From Heteronotia binoei (Eukaryota), in NCBI RefSeq assembly GCF_032191835.1, contig NC_083234.1:1922001-1986000 (forward strand): 64,000 nucleotides of DNA, written 5' to 3'. The notes below the pieces were generated by a model. That model did no database searches. It was not told the DNA's origin and saw only the letters and a program-made list of their open reading frames with translations. Positions 22,901-64,000 of the stretch are shown here, piece by piece. The first letter of the stretch is position 1. Each line of letters opens with the position of its first letter. A program made the translations under genes and the position numbers.

Positions 22901-24494
22901 GTCATCCCGAGAGAGGGCCTTGTGGGGATGGGCCCTGGCTGTCCCCCCCCCCCCCCCCCGGCTGCCTGGAGTTGTGCTAGAGTTAGGCCCATGGTTTTGG
23001 GCTGGTGGGCAGAGGTTTTAGCATTTGTGTGCACCAGGGAGCCCCTTTCTTTTCCTGTAGGGAGACGGGAAGAACATGCTTTTTTCAAACCTGACTGTCC
23101 CCTTACAAATGTGGTTAGAGAGCCAGGTTGGTGGTGGCTTGAAGAAGGGCCTGGGTCTCCTGGAGCTAATTTGGAGGTCTCTGCCTGATGTCCAGAAGTG
23201 GTTGAGCCAGTTAGGGGAAGCCCAGAAGTGAGAGAAGGCTTTTGATTCCTTGCTCAGGGGCTGGTGGGATTGATGGCTTCTCTCTCTTTCAGACTCACCC
23301 CAATGTTGACAAGAAGCTTTTCACTACAGAGTCCTTGATTGGCTTGAAGAACCCTGAAAAGTCTTTCCCCATAAATAGTGATGTGGGGGTGTTGAAATGG
23401 CGGCTGCAGACCACAGAAGAGTCTCTTATTCCATTGACAAGTGAGTGTAGCTGGGGTTGCCCCATGGATCTCCTGGAGCAGATGGGGAAGCTAGGGGTAG
23501 CTAGGTACAGTGTCCCTTTTAGAGTTTGGCAGAGTTGTCACCGGTGTGTGTCTGTGCTTTGCTTTAGTTAACTGCTGGCCATCTGAGAGCGGCAGCAGCT
23601 GTGATGTCAACATTGAATATGAGCTGCAGGAAGACAGCTTGGAGCTGAATGACGTGGTGATCACAATTCCCTTGCCGTGAGTCATGCGAATTCCTTGGGG
23701 TCCTGTCTCCAAGTCAGGTGGGAGGTGGGGATGTGCCGGAGGGTAACCCGTGGCCTCTGATGCAGGTCTGGCGTGGGCACGCCGGTGATCGGGGAGATTG
23801 ATGGCGAGTATCGTCACGATAGCCGAAGGAACACCCTCGAGTGGTGCCTGCCTGTGATTGATGCCAAAAACAAGAGCGGCAGCCTGGAGTTCAGCATCGC
23901 TGGACAGCCCAGTGACTTCTTCCCTGTGCACGTCTCCTTCGTTTCCAAGAAGAACTTCTGCAACATCCAGGTGAGAGGAGCAGAGGCCTCCCTGCCCTGC
24001 CCTGCCCTGCCCCTCCTCTGCTGGGTCATTGGCAGTTCACCCCATTTGGGAATTGGAGGGGGGGGGGGTTGGAGCAGCAGGAGCAGGCTTGTCTGGAGTC
24101 AGACCATTTTCCTGTCCAGCTCAAGGTCTTGGCTACGACTTCCTGTGCCTGGAGATTCTTTTAGTTCCAAGTGGCAAAGGTTGGCCTGAGTGGGTGGCGC
24201 CATCGTGACCTGCTTTAGGTTGTCTGGATGCGTATCAGGGGACAAAATCTGCACTTGGCCTTTGCCCCCATCTCGTGGCACTTGCTGAAGTCTTTTCTGC
24301 TTCAGTCAACGGTGCCCTGTGGTCTTGCCCTACAGTGTGCTCGAGTGAGCTGTTCTGCATTGTGCTTCATCCCAGGTTACTGCATGCCCTTCTTCTCTCT
24401 GCAGGTTACCAAAGTGACCCAGGTAGATGGGAACAGCCCTGTGAGGTTCTCCACAGAGACCACCTTCCTTGTGGACAAGTATGAGATCCTGTAG
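19975..24494 (+). CDS. ARCN1: Coatomer subunit delta (archain 1), 511 aa
   Basis: join(19975-19977,20103-20366,20999-21178,21411-21616,21854-22018,22690-22855,23293-23440,23568-23676,23766-23970,24405-24494) = 1536 nt. Starts [24 protein letters not shown] and ends [15 protein letters not shown]; exon 1 codes only the ATG. Confidence 0.98.
22056..22330 (+). mobile_element. Full-length Squam3-like SINE in an ARCN1 intron (best reference copy in the window)
   Basis: A-box TGGTGTAGTGG and B-box GGTTTGATTCC; ends GGGATATAAATCCAATATC followed by a TC-rich tail. Confidence 0.9.
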
Positions 24495-25319
24495 CCCTCT
24501 CTGCAGAAAAGCAGCATGGAAGACTTTGAGGCTGGGGGTGCTGGGAGTGGGCCACCACTCTGTCCATGCCAGAGGACTCTTGACATGTTAGTTGGCTCGC
24601 TTACGTTTTCAAAGTCACAGCCAGGCAGGGAGAGGCTGCTTGCTTCTCTGGCGCAGCCGGCCAGGCAGACCTCCTTCACCCTGGGGCAGGGCTCTTTCCC
24701 TCTCCCCCATCCACTCCTTGGCGTCTCTTGTATTGCTGACCACTTCTGCTGCTCTGGGGAAAGAGAGGAAGTGGCTCTCCCACTGTCAGGGGAATCACCC
24801 GTGGACCTGGGACATCACTGGGCGCTGCCACTTTCTTGCCTTAGGCAGTTGAGCCCTTGCCAGGGAATCGGGCAGCAGCCCAGGCAGCTCTGTTCCAGGC
24901 TTTGGCTTGAGGACTCTTCCATGGCTGTGGGGAAGCTGCCTCCTGTCCAGAGGAACAAGACATAATTGGGGGGGAGCGAGGGCTGCAGCTTCTGCAGAGG
25001 CCCTGCTTGCATGCTGAAGGAGCCACCAGCCTCTCCCCCCCCCACCCCTGTGGCCACGATGCAGCAGAGGAGGCCCTTTCCTGAGTCTCCTGGGGGGAGG
25101 GGGGTCCTGTCCTGTAGGTTGTAGCTGTGAATCGATCCCCTTGGTCCGCCTGCGTTCCCACATGGTCAGTCTGGTTTTTAGAGGGGAGGAAGTTCCACCG
25201 CCCAGGGAGGCTTCGGTTCTGTGGGGGTGGTATTCAAAGGAGGCTCTGTAACCCTGTAAAGCAATGACTTAGGAAATAATACATTCCGATGTACACAAAG
25301 ACTCCCAACCCCTTGATCA

Positions 25320-25325
25320 AATAAA
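25320..25325 (+). terminator. Candidate ARCN1 polyadenylation signal (a second AATAAA lies at 25700)
   Basis: AATAAA about 830 nt after the stop codon, in AT-rich context. Confidence 0.5.
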
Positions 25326-26399
25326 GAGTATTCTAAAAGGTGTTGTCTGCGGCTGGTGGGGGATTGTTACACGAATGCCATGAAAGAGCATGTTGGAATG
25401 GGGGCGGGTTTTGTCTGAAGCTGTCTCAAACTGAACATGGTCTGAGGGAGTTGCCATGGCCCTGGCTGGGCTATGCTCTCTCCCCTCCCAGAGTGACCCA
25501 TGCAAAAAGGCCTCCTTGTCCAATAACACACTGTCCTTTTGGGCATCACTTGGCATCCTGAGCATTTCAGGGTGTTTGAAACTACTCTTTCCACAAAGAT
25601 CATCTTAAAAGTACCAGAGTGGTGGTGGTGGGGGGAGTTTGGGTTGTAACTTTGGGGCACCCAGTGAAATTGACAGACAGTAGAGGTAAAACAGATAGAA
25701 ATAAATACTGCTGCATTCAACAAGGAATTCACTTTGCTGTCCCAACAAGTAGAGGAGGCTTGAGAGGATTCTGGTGCCCCCCCTCAGGAAGCAGTGGCTC
25801 TCTCCATGCCAGTGGTGGGGAAGGGATCGTGGGAGGCCATCAGAGGGGCCAAATCCCTGCTTGTACAGATCTGGGAACTCCCTGGTGGCTGCTGTGGATG
25901 TGAGGGAGCTGCTGACTTGCAACGCAGACCTGTAGCCTGCTGGCCGTGGGTATGAGTGGACATGGAGGGTGAGAGGAAGCAAGAGAGTCCATCCCCCCCC
26001 CCCCGTGTCTGTCGTCTGGAGCGGCTCCTTCCTTTTTCTCCTTGGCCTTGAGGTCTGTCTTGAACTGCTGCAGGCAAAGATGTGGTGCTGCTCCACCCAC
26101 CTCATCTCACACACACACCCCCTCAATGGCGCCGTGTTCTTGGCCGTGCCCCAGGCTACTCCCCCACCCACACACCTGTCAACCAAGTTCCTGCAGGAGC
26201 CCTGCTGAGCTCCCCTGCGGCTTGTGGGGGCCAAGGGAGGCTGGCTGGGTGTGCTCGGAGCGCAGCACCTGCCGTGGAGGCGCCCGGGAGTTCTTTGGAG
26301 GGCTGGGCCTGGCTGGATTTCTTTCAAGAGGAGCCCTGAACCAGCTGGCAGGAGGCGGCATCAGCTCCGGGGGGCTCCTGTGACGGGCGCTGGGCGCGG

Positions 26400-26598
26400 C
26401 ATCTTGCAAGGGGCGCCTCCTCCGTGGCCCGGCTCCGCCCCGCAGCGGCCCTCCTCCTCCTCCTCCGGGGGGCGGGGCGGGGAGCCAGGGCGCCCCCGGC
26501 GGGCGCTCGGACGTGGCACATTCCAGGCCGCCCCGTCTGCTGCTCGTGCTGCCGCGCCCGGCCGGCCGGCGGAGGAGGAGGAGGAGCCGCCGCCTTGG
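26400..26598 (+). promoter_or_regulatory. PHLDB1: PHLDB1 CpG-island promoter and probable non-coding first exon
   Basis: CpG-dense, GC box GGGGCGGGGCGGG near 26468, TEAD-like ACATTCC at 26518, and donor TGG/GTGAGG at 26598/26599. Confidence 0.65.
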
Positions 26599-27757
26599 GT
26601 GAGGGGAGCAGGGGGCGGCTGGGAAGGGGGCCTCGCCTCGCCCCTCGGCTGGGGTGGGGGTGGGGGTGGGGGCCGGGGCGGGGGCTCATCTCGCCGGGGG
26701 GGGGCCTGGTCTGCCCTCGGGGGGCGGGGGCGCTTCTGGGGAGGGGGCTTCTGCTGAAGCCGGCGCTGCTCCCCTCCCCTCCCCTCCCCGGAAGGGGCCC
26801 AGCTGGGCCGGAGCCCCCCTCGCTCTTCTGCCTGCTTTGGGCTGGGCTTTCCAGCCTCGCTGCTTCCCTGCCGGGCGGGGGGGTGGGGGGGGGGGGAGGT
26901 GTGTGTGATGCAGCTGCTGGTTTCCCGGGGGCTTTTCCCTGCACCATAAGCTGCTTTGAGTCTTGTGTTGAGCTGAGAAAAGCTTGTTAAAAGTGCCTGA
27001 GCAAGAGGTGGGGGGGGGGGAGCAGGGGCCCGGCCTGTGGCCTGAGCTGCCCAGCCTCACCCAGTAGCCGCACAAGGGCTGCATTCTCCTGCAGCCCCAA
27101 GGAGAGAGAAGAAAGGCTCTTTGTCCACCTCCCTGAACAGAGGCTGCTTGTCAGTGCTTGCGGCCTTCTCAGGAGGGAAGGGCCTGGCGGGGGGGGGGGG
27201 CAGCAACAGGGTGCCCCCCCCCAAGAGAGCTCTTTGGCCCCCTATCCGAGAGAGCCAGCTGAGGGAGGCCGGCAGCTTCTCCCCCAGGTGACCCACCCAG
27301 GCCCAAGCCAGGTGTCCTGCCTCTTCCCCCTCTCAAGAGGGGCTGGGCTGGAGGGGCTTCGGTCTGCTCAGGCTGCATGCATGGGGGCTGTTTCTGAAGG
27401 GGGGCAGGGGTCGCCTATTTTGCATGCCCTGGGGGGAGCAAGAGGGGCAGGCTGAGATGCAGAGTCTCGCTGCTGTTATTTCACAGGTGCCTGCATGGAA
27501 TTCCCAGAGCCTCAGGAGCTTGCAGAAGCTGCAGCAGGTGGAGGACAGCTCCCTGCCTGAGGGTGGCAGTCTGGAGAGGAGGAAGGGCAGGAGAGGTCGT
27601 CTGGGGCTCAGCCAGCTGGCCCTTTGTGATTTCTTCTTCTTCATTCTCTTGTTTAGAAAATGTTTATGCCGCCTCTGGAGGAGTCTGCCTAAAGCAGCTT
27701 GCAAAAACACAAGGGGGAAGACAGCCGAGTGGTGCGCCTTCAGGGGGGGCTGTGGCC

Positions 27758-57971
<30,214 letters not shown>

Positions 57972-58286
57972 GGTGCTCCAGCAGGACGGCCAAGCCTCCG
58001 GGGAGGAGGAGGGGAGGGGGCTGCCCTGCCAAAGACCCTCCAGGCAGAAGGGCCCCTACAAGAGCCCTTCGACCTCCCCACTGTGCAGGCCCTGCCATCC
58101 ACCCAGTGCCTTGCGAGGGGAGGGGAGGGGAGGGGGACAGAGGACTTGGCCCTCCCTTCCACACCACCTTCCCTGAGAACATCCACATACCCCAGAGTGC
58201 TCCCTCTGGACCCACATTTTGGGGATCCGGGCTGCTTTGTTTCTCGCTGTTGCCCCAGGCTGCTCAGTTGGGGGGGGGAGGGGGGG

Positions 58287-58292
58287 AATAAA
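58287..58292 (+). terminator. Proximal candidate PHLDB1 polyadenylation signal
   Basis: AATAAA 316 nt after the stop codon. Confidence 0.45.
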
Positions 58293-58621
58293 GCTTTGTA
58301 AGCTCCCTGATGCTCCCAGCGACCTTCTTGCCCTGGCACCAGGAGAGCTGCTGGACTGCAGTGGCATCCTGCGCCCTACAGCTGCATCAACACACACACA
58401 CACACACAAGCTGCAGTGGGGGGGATCTGTGAGCCAAGAGCTGCAGCCTGACATCCCCCCCCCGCCCCCGGATGGAACAAGGAACAGCCACAGAAGGGGG
58501 CCCTGAGGCTGCGGGGGGCGGCTTGCAGGTGCTGAGCCCCCACACACACACACACAGGCAGCTCAGCCAGGCTGCCTTCAGAGAAAGAGGCGAACACGGG
58601 AAAAGGGGAGTTTGGTTAGTT

Positions 58622-58627
58622 TTTAAT
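58622..58627 (-). terminator. Candidate TREH polyadenylation signal (ATTAAA on the minus strand)
   Basis: TTTAAT on the plus strand, about 56 nt beyond the TREH stop codon. Confidence 0.55.
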
Positions 58628-58682
58628 ATTGCAGAGCAACGCCAGCCTTCCGCCAGCAGCCCTGCTGTGCTCCTTGTGCCCC

Positions 58683-61600
58683 TCACAAAGGCTGCTGCTG
58701 TGCAAGCAGCAGGGCAAGGAAGGCCCCAATCCAGGCCCAGGAGCAGCGCGGCAGGGAGGAGCCTGCAGCAGTGAGGCGGTCACCAAAGAGATCCAGGAGC
58801 TGCAGGGCCACCCCATTTGTCCAGCCGAAGCCCTCCTGCCAGAGAAAGAAAAGACGGGGCTAAGCTGGCTCCACCCCCATTTGGGCAGGCGAAAAGGGCC
58901 CAGCTCCCCCCGCATCCCTGCCCAGCCTGGGCGGTGATGGGGGGCACAGCCCCAAAGAGATTCGCGGGAAGAAGCCATTGTCGAAAAAACACAACAGATT
59001 AATAACTCTCAAGTATCCTATGTACAATGTCAATAAATATTTCTAGCCATTTGTGTCAGATTTCATTCAATAACGTACAAGATCTGCCAAGTGCATTTCC
59101 TACTCCTACAAATCCATGTCTCTTCCAGAGTCTCATATCCATTCAGTAAGTTCCAAAGGTTCCAAAAGAATCTAAAGGGCCAGTAAGAGTCTTGCTAAGG
59201 TCAAAGTGCATCCAGCTTCCAACTGGGAAACTCGAGTAGACAAACTGGGCTGCCCTTTGAGCCCCCGGAAATGGACTGCGTGGAGCCAGGCAGCTCCCTC
59301 CTCCTTGGGGGCGGGGTGGGAGGGTGTGTGTGTGCAAAGGGGTCCAGTCAACTACCTGGGGGAAATCTCAGGCATTTGCAGGCCTTGTATGTACACTGCT
59401 GAATGAAATTTGACACCAAGGATATTGTTATAAATATTTATTGCTATTATAAGTAAAAAAACCCAAAAGGTCGTGCCCTGTGCAAGCACCGGTCGTTTTC
59501 TACTCTGGGGTGACGTTGCTTTCACAACGTTTTCATGGCAGACTTTTTACGGGGTGGTTTGCCATTGCCTTCCCCAGCTGGGGACTCATTTTACTGACCT
59601 CAGAAGGATGGAAGGCTGAGTCAACCTCAAGCCGGCTTCCTGAACCCAGCTTCTGCTGGGATCAAACTCAGGTCATGAGCAGAGACCTCAGACTGCAGTA
59701 CTGCAGCTTTACCACTCTGTGCCACGGGACTTTATAAGAGATTGTGCAGGAGTGGGTCAAACCTTCAAATGGCAGTAAAATTTAGAAACACCAGGCTGTT
59801 GCCTGTCGGCTGGCTTCTCTGTTTCAGTGCTGGGGCCCGCTGCTGGGGCACACCCACCCGGCAGGCTCTTTGTCCAATTGACATGGTGTGCTGACATTTC
59901 CCGCCACAAAGCCTTCAACTGCTGCAGCGGACTCCGGTCACACCCAGTGGAGAAGCATCTGCCATGGAAGCCATGCCCTTTCTTAACTTCCGACTTGCTG
60001 CAGCGACAGACATGCATCACCATATTGCAGCTTCACTCACTGAAGAACTGCAGTAGGTTTCACTCCGCTGCTCAAAAACCAGATAATGGAGGAGCCCTGC
60101 TTAGAATCCTAGAGTTGGAAGGGACCTCCAGGGTCATCTAGTCCAGCCCCCGCACAATGCAGGAAATCCACAAATACCTACCCCAAATCCTCTGGGGCCC
60201 ATCTCACACGGGGCAGTGCCACTGGGGGGGGCTGCTTGTCTGCACTCTGCTGCCACCCGGGGGACATTCTTTATGTCATTGGTAAAAATACTGCCAAATT
60301 CCTTTAAATGATTGCCATTTTAAGGTTTTCATTGGACTCGCCCTTGTACATAGCATACTGGAGAGTTAGTTTTCTCTGCGATACCCACAGGACAGGGACA
60401 CGTAGTTTAGCCTCACCTGAACGACATACTCCCCACCTGCGCCTGGGCTCCCGTCACCTTCAACATTATACTGGAGAAAAAAGGAGGGGGCATTTCTGTG
60501 CTGGATGCTGGGCAAAGGCAGCATCTGGGAGGGGGCAGTGGAGACAGGGCCAGGCCTAGACTGTCTGGCGCCCCCCTCCCCCGCACTGATGACATCATCC
60601 AGTCACTTGGGGGAGGGCCCAGTTTGGTGCCCCCAGAAGGCTAGTGCCCTAGGCAATCACCGAGTTGGCCCTAGTGGCAGGACCAGCCCTGGTTGGAGGT
60701 GATAAATGGCACAACATCCCTGCAAGTATGACGGCAAGCAGTCTCACCCCCTTCTGACCCAGCCAGCTTTGTAGAAGAGCTGCTAGAGCAGAAGGTGACG
60801 CGCACCCTGAACTCTGTCTGCTGCCCCCGGGGGCATGCCTACCTTCTCAAACATGGCCTGGTACCTCTCGTAGACAGCCAGGTTCATTCTCACCCAGTTC
60901 TGAGCCAGGCTGAAGGCTAGGGCTTGGGCCTGCGGGGAGGAGGACTTGGCCAGACCTGGGGCAGGAAGCAGAGGGGGTGAGGGGAGGGCGGAGGCAAAAG
61001 CAGCAGGGCTCTTGCAGACAGGAAGGGGACCAGGCAGGGCACAGTAGCCGCAGCTACCCAGAGACCCGGCACACACACACACACACCACAACTGGCCAGC
61101 GAGCACACAGGTATGGCTTACCTGGCTGGCTGGGATGGCCTCACCTGCAATCACCATATGCTGGAGCGGGGCCCATGCATTCGGAAGGTCCCACTGCTGG
61201 CCTGTGTGAGCCAGGGAGGTCGGCAGCCCATGGGCATAGGACAGGGCAGGGGTGCTCTGTGGGCAGGCAGAAAAAACAGCACCCAGGAAGGAATGGTCAG
61301 GCATTCTGGAGACGGTGGCAGAAGTCATCGATGACACAAGATGAACATTTGAAGCTGCCTTATACTGAATCAGACCCTTGGTCCATCAAAGTCAGTATTG
61401 TCTTCTCAGATGTAGTTGTCGATTTTTAAAAAATTTCTATCCTGCCCTCCCCACTGGGGGGTCAGGGCAGCAGGGAGCCAGCCTGTGTAGCTTCCACAGG
61501 GCCTTGGAGGGAGGCAGAAAGCACTGCCCCCCCAGGGGGCAGGAACCAGAGGGGGTGAGAGAGGAGCCTGCCCCAGCCCTCCCCCGCCTGGTTTGCAAAT

Positions 61601-63958
61601 GACCTGCCAGTGGCACCAGCTGCTGTCCTCCCATGGCCACAGGTGGCCCATGCCCAGCAGCCCAGGGGCACTGCAGGCACAAAGGGAGGGGTGGCACCAC
61701 TTCTGCCAGGCAGGTGCCCACACTGCAAAGCTTGCCAGCCATCTAAGACCACTCGGGGGTGGGGGGGAGCAGAGAATCCCCAGGGGCACACGATACTGAA
61801 TGCCCCCCCCACATACACAGGTGGTTTCTGCTGTGTCAATTGCCCCCATGAGGCTGGTTCCCCCTTGGGGGGAGGGAAAGGCCCCACCAGGGAGAGAGGA
61901 GGGGGCCGTTTGGATCCAGCCAGCCTCTCGCCCCTCCTCCCTGGTCGGCCTGCAGCCTGGCTTCCCGGGGTGGTTGGGGTTTCAGGGGAAGGAGGAGGGG
62001 AGGAGAGAAGTGTGCTGCTGGGGAAACCTATCTCCTGCACAGATGCCCCCTTGCCCACCCTGACACTTCAGCAAGACCCCAGCTGGTGCTTGACGCCCCC
62101 TGAAGGAGGCCAGCCAAAGCCACGAGGGGCTGCTGCCCTGCTTACCTCAAGGTAGCGCAGGGCCTTCTCGGTGGCAGCACCCTCCAGGTCACACTTGGCC
62201 CACAGCGGGGTTAGGTTGGACGGGTAGAAGGCCTGGTTGTGCCTGCCGCGCGCCAGGTTGTAATCCAGCCAGACGCCGGCCGCCTCGTTCCACAGGACAG
62301 CCCGCACTGCCGCCACCCGCCGCTCGTGAGCTGCCTGGAACCGCTCAGCCCCCTCAGCATCCCCTGAAGGGAGGGCGAGGAGTCAGCGAGCCACGGGGGG
62401 GGGGGGGGCTTAGGGTTGCCAATCCCCAGGTGGGGGCAGGGGATCCCCCGGTTTGGAGGCCGCCCCCCCACTTCAGGGTCGTCAGAAAGTGGGGGGAGGG
62501 GAAGGAAATGTCTGCTGGGAACTCTGTTATTCCCTATGGAGATTTATTCCCATAGAAAATCATGGAGAATTGATCCGTGGGTATCTGGGGCTCGGGAGGG
62601 GGGCTGTTTTTTGAGATAGAGGCACCAAATTTTCAGTATAGCATCTAGTGCCTCTCCCCAAAATACCCCCCAAGTTTCAAAAAGATTGGACTAGGGAATC
62701 CAATTCTATGAGCCCCAAAAGAAGGTGGCCCTATCCTTCATTATTACCTATGGAAGGAAGGAATTGAAAAGGTGTGCCGTCCCTTTAAATGTGAGGGCCA
62801 GCACTCCCTTTGGAGTTCAATTATGCTTGTCACAGCCTTGATCTTAGCTCCACCCCTAATGTCTCCTGGCTCCACCCCCAAAGTCTCCAGATATTCCTTG
62901 AATTGGACTTGGCAACCCTAGGGGGGCTGCTGCTGCCCACCCCCCACCCTGCCCCCGGTCAGGGCCCTCACCCACCAAGCGCCTGGCAGAAGGCGGCCAG
63001 GAGCGCTTCCACGCGGCACAGGATGGCATTGAGGTCGACGGGCACGACGGCGCTGGTCTGCGTGTCTTGCAGGGTGGCCTCAGCAGGCGGCGGCCCTGGC
63101 AGGAACCAGCGCGACGAGAAGTCCCAGCCCGACTCCGCTGCGCCCTTCAGCTCGGCCCACAGTGCCTCCTGCGCCTCTGCCCACCGAGAGGAGGAGAAGG
63201 GAGCTCAGCACCGCACCCGGCCTCCACGGCCCTTCACAGTGCCCAGCCCCGGGGGAGGGGGGAGGCTGACCTGCCGGTAGGCCCTGCACAATCTCCACGT
63301 CCTTGCTGTAGGACTCCGGCCTGGGAGGGAGCGAGGGGAGGGGAGGGGAGGAGAGTCAAGTGTGGGGGGAGGAGAAGGACCCCCAGCTCCACCCCCCCCC
63401 CGCTGGCCCAATCCCCCCTCACCTGGGCTCCCCCACCGGCACGCTGTAGCGGTTCAAGGAGTGCTCCTGGCCCCCCACGCTGATGTTGACAGCCCTCTGC
63501 TCCTGCCAGAAGCGGTACTCCTCTTCCAGGAGATGGAGGCTCTGGCTACAGGCCACACACACAAGCAGCCCTTAAGCGGGGGGGGGGGGGGGGGGAGGGC
63601 AGCCACATCCCTGCTCCTCCCCCCACCATCACCCCCCCCCCGCTTACTTGAGGAAGGCCAAGTCCTGGGTGCGGTTCAGGTAGGCCTCCATCATGAGGGT
63701 CAGGAAAGGCGGCTGGCTCCGGCGCTCGTAGTACACCCGGCCTCCGTTGGGGACGTGCCCGTACCTAGCAGCAAGAAGCAAGACTGGCACGTGCTTGCAC
63801 TGAGGGGGGGAGGAGCCACCCCACACACACACACCCCTTCTCCCTCCTCCGGTCTGGGCTCTCACTTCTCCACCAGATGAAGGAAGTTTTGGATCATGCC
63901 CTTCACCGTGGCCGTCATGTTGGAGAGCAGCAGTCCTTCCATGACCCAGAAGGAGTCC
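58683..63958 (-). CDS. TREH: Trehalase (GH37, GPI-anchored), last ten coding exons; 5'-partial
   Basis: complement join(63866-63958,63648-63764,63423-63545,63271-63320,62976-63176,62146-62363,61145-61256,60843-60955,60417-60470,58683-58835). Motifs YGHVPNGGRVYYERRSQPPFL, RPESYSKD, AESGWDFSSRW, QQWDLPNAWAPLQ and GGEYVVQEGFGWTNG; both catalytic motifs are intact. Confidence 0.96.
59032..59037 (+). terminator. Distal candidate PHLDB1 polyadenylation signal, inside the last TREH intron
   Basis: TGTA at 59021, AATAAA at 59032, then CA followed by a GU-rich TTTGTGT element. Confidence 0.55.
59468..59730 (-). mobile_element. Sauria SINE (Squam1-like)
   Basis: Same family as the 40549 and 42880 copies. 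Confidence 0.85.
61345..61410 (-). mobile_element. 3' fragment of a Squam2-like SINE
   Basis: GAAGCTGCCTTATACTGAATCAGACCCTTGGTCCATCAAAGTCAGTATTGTCTTCTCAGA, identical to 37213-37272. Confidence 0.8.
62411..62920. mobile_element. Non-autonomous hAT DNA transposon (510-bp MITE) in a TREH intron
   Basis: Perfect 12-bp TIRs TAGGGTTGCCAA / TTGGCAACCCTA and a perfect 8-bp TSD GGGGGGCT on both sides. Confidence 0.93.
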
Positions 63959-64000
63959 CTGCAGGGAAAGAGCAGGCCTCAGCACTGGGGGCACAGCAAA

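Noticed and set aside
24376-24404. Second CAG/GTTAC acceptor 29 nt upstream of the last ARCN1 exon
   Set aside because: Using it shifts the frame and loses the conserved C-terminus; the downstream acceptor has the better pyrimidine tract.
59868-59915. Minus-strand peptide EGFVAGNVSTPCQLDK resembling the last TREH exon (EGFGWTNGVALQLLDL)
   Set aside because: Nucleotide identity is only about 47% over 45 nt, there is no in-phase acceptor, and the true exon is intact at 58683-58835; probably chance.

Overview
Vertebrate genomic DNA, GC-rich and intron-compact, most likely from a gecko (inferred from the squamate SINE families present). It contains the conserved block KMT2A (3' end, +), TTC36 (+), TMEM25 (+), IFT46 (-), ARCN1 (+), PHLDB1 (+) and TREH (3' end, -), syntenic with human 11q23.3. 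I built the exon models by hand, and they join into open reading frames. Most long ORFs in the supplied track are artefacts of high GC or tandem repeats. I found no tRNA, rRNA, CRISPR or prokaryote-type system, and nothing I can show to be a new biological system. The best leads are: (1) two satellites amplified from different parts of the same tRNA-derived SINE, one with a 6-unit higher-order period and one repeating a Pol III B-box 16 times; (2) an IFT46 5' region with duplicated in-frame splice donors, three copies of a 28-bp element that can form competing hairpins over the branch point, and an apparently exonised 63-nt intron; (3) three nested transposon stacks with readable target-site duplications (TSDs), including an L2 whose ORF is intact once a nested CR1 is removed; (4) a candidate PHLDB1 cassette exon behind an ACTAAY cluster; (5) a possible antisense overlap of the PHLDB1 3' UTR with the last TREH coding exon; (6) SET-domain and Win-motif substitutions in KMT2A and a shortened Ig domain in TMEM25. 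Human comparisons and repeat-family names are recalled from memory, not from database searches.
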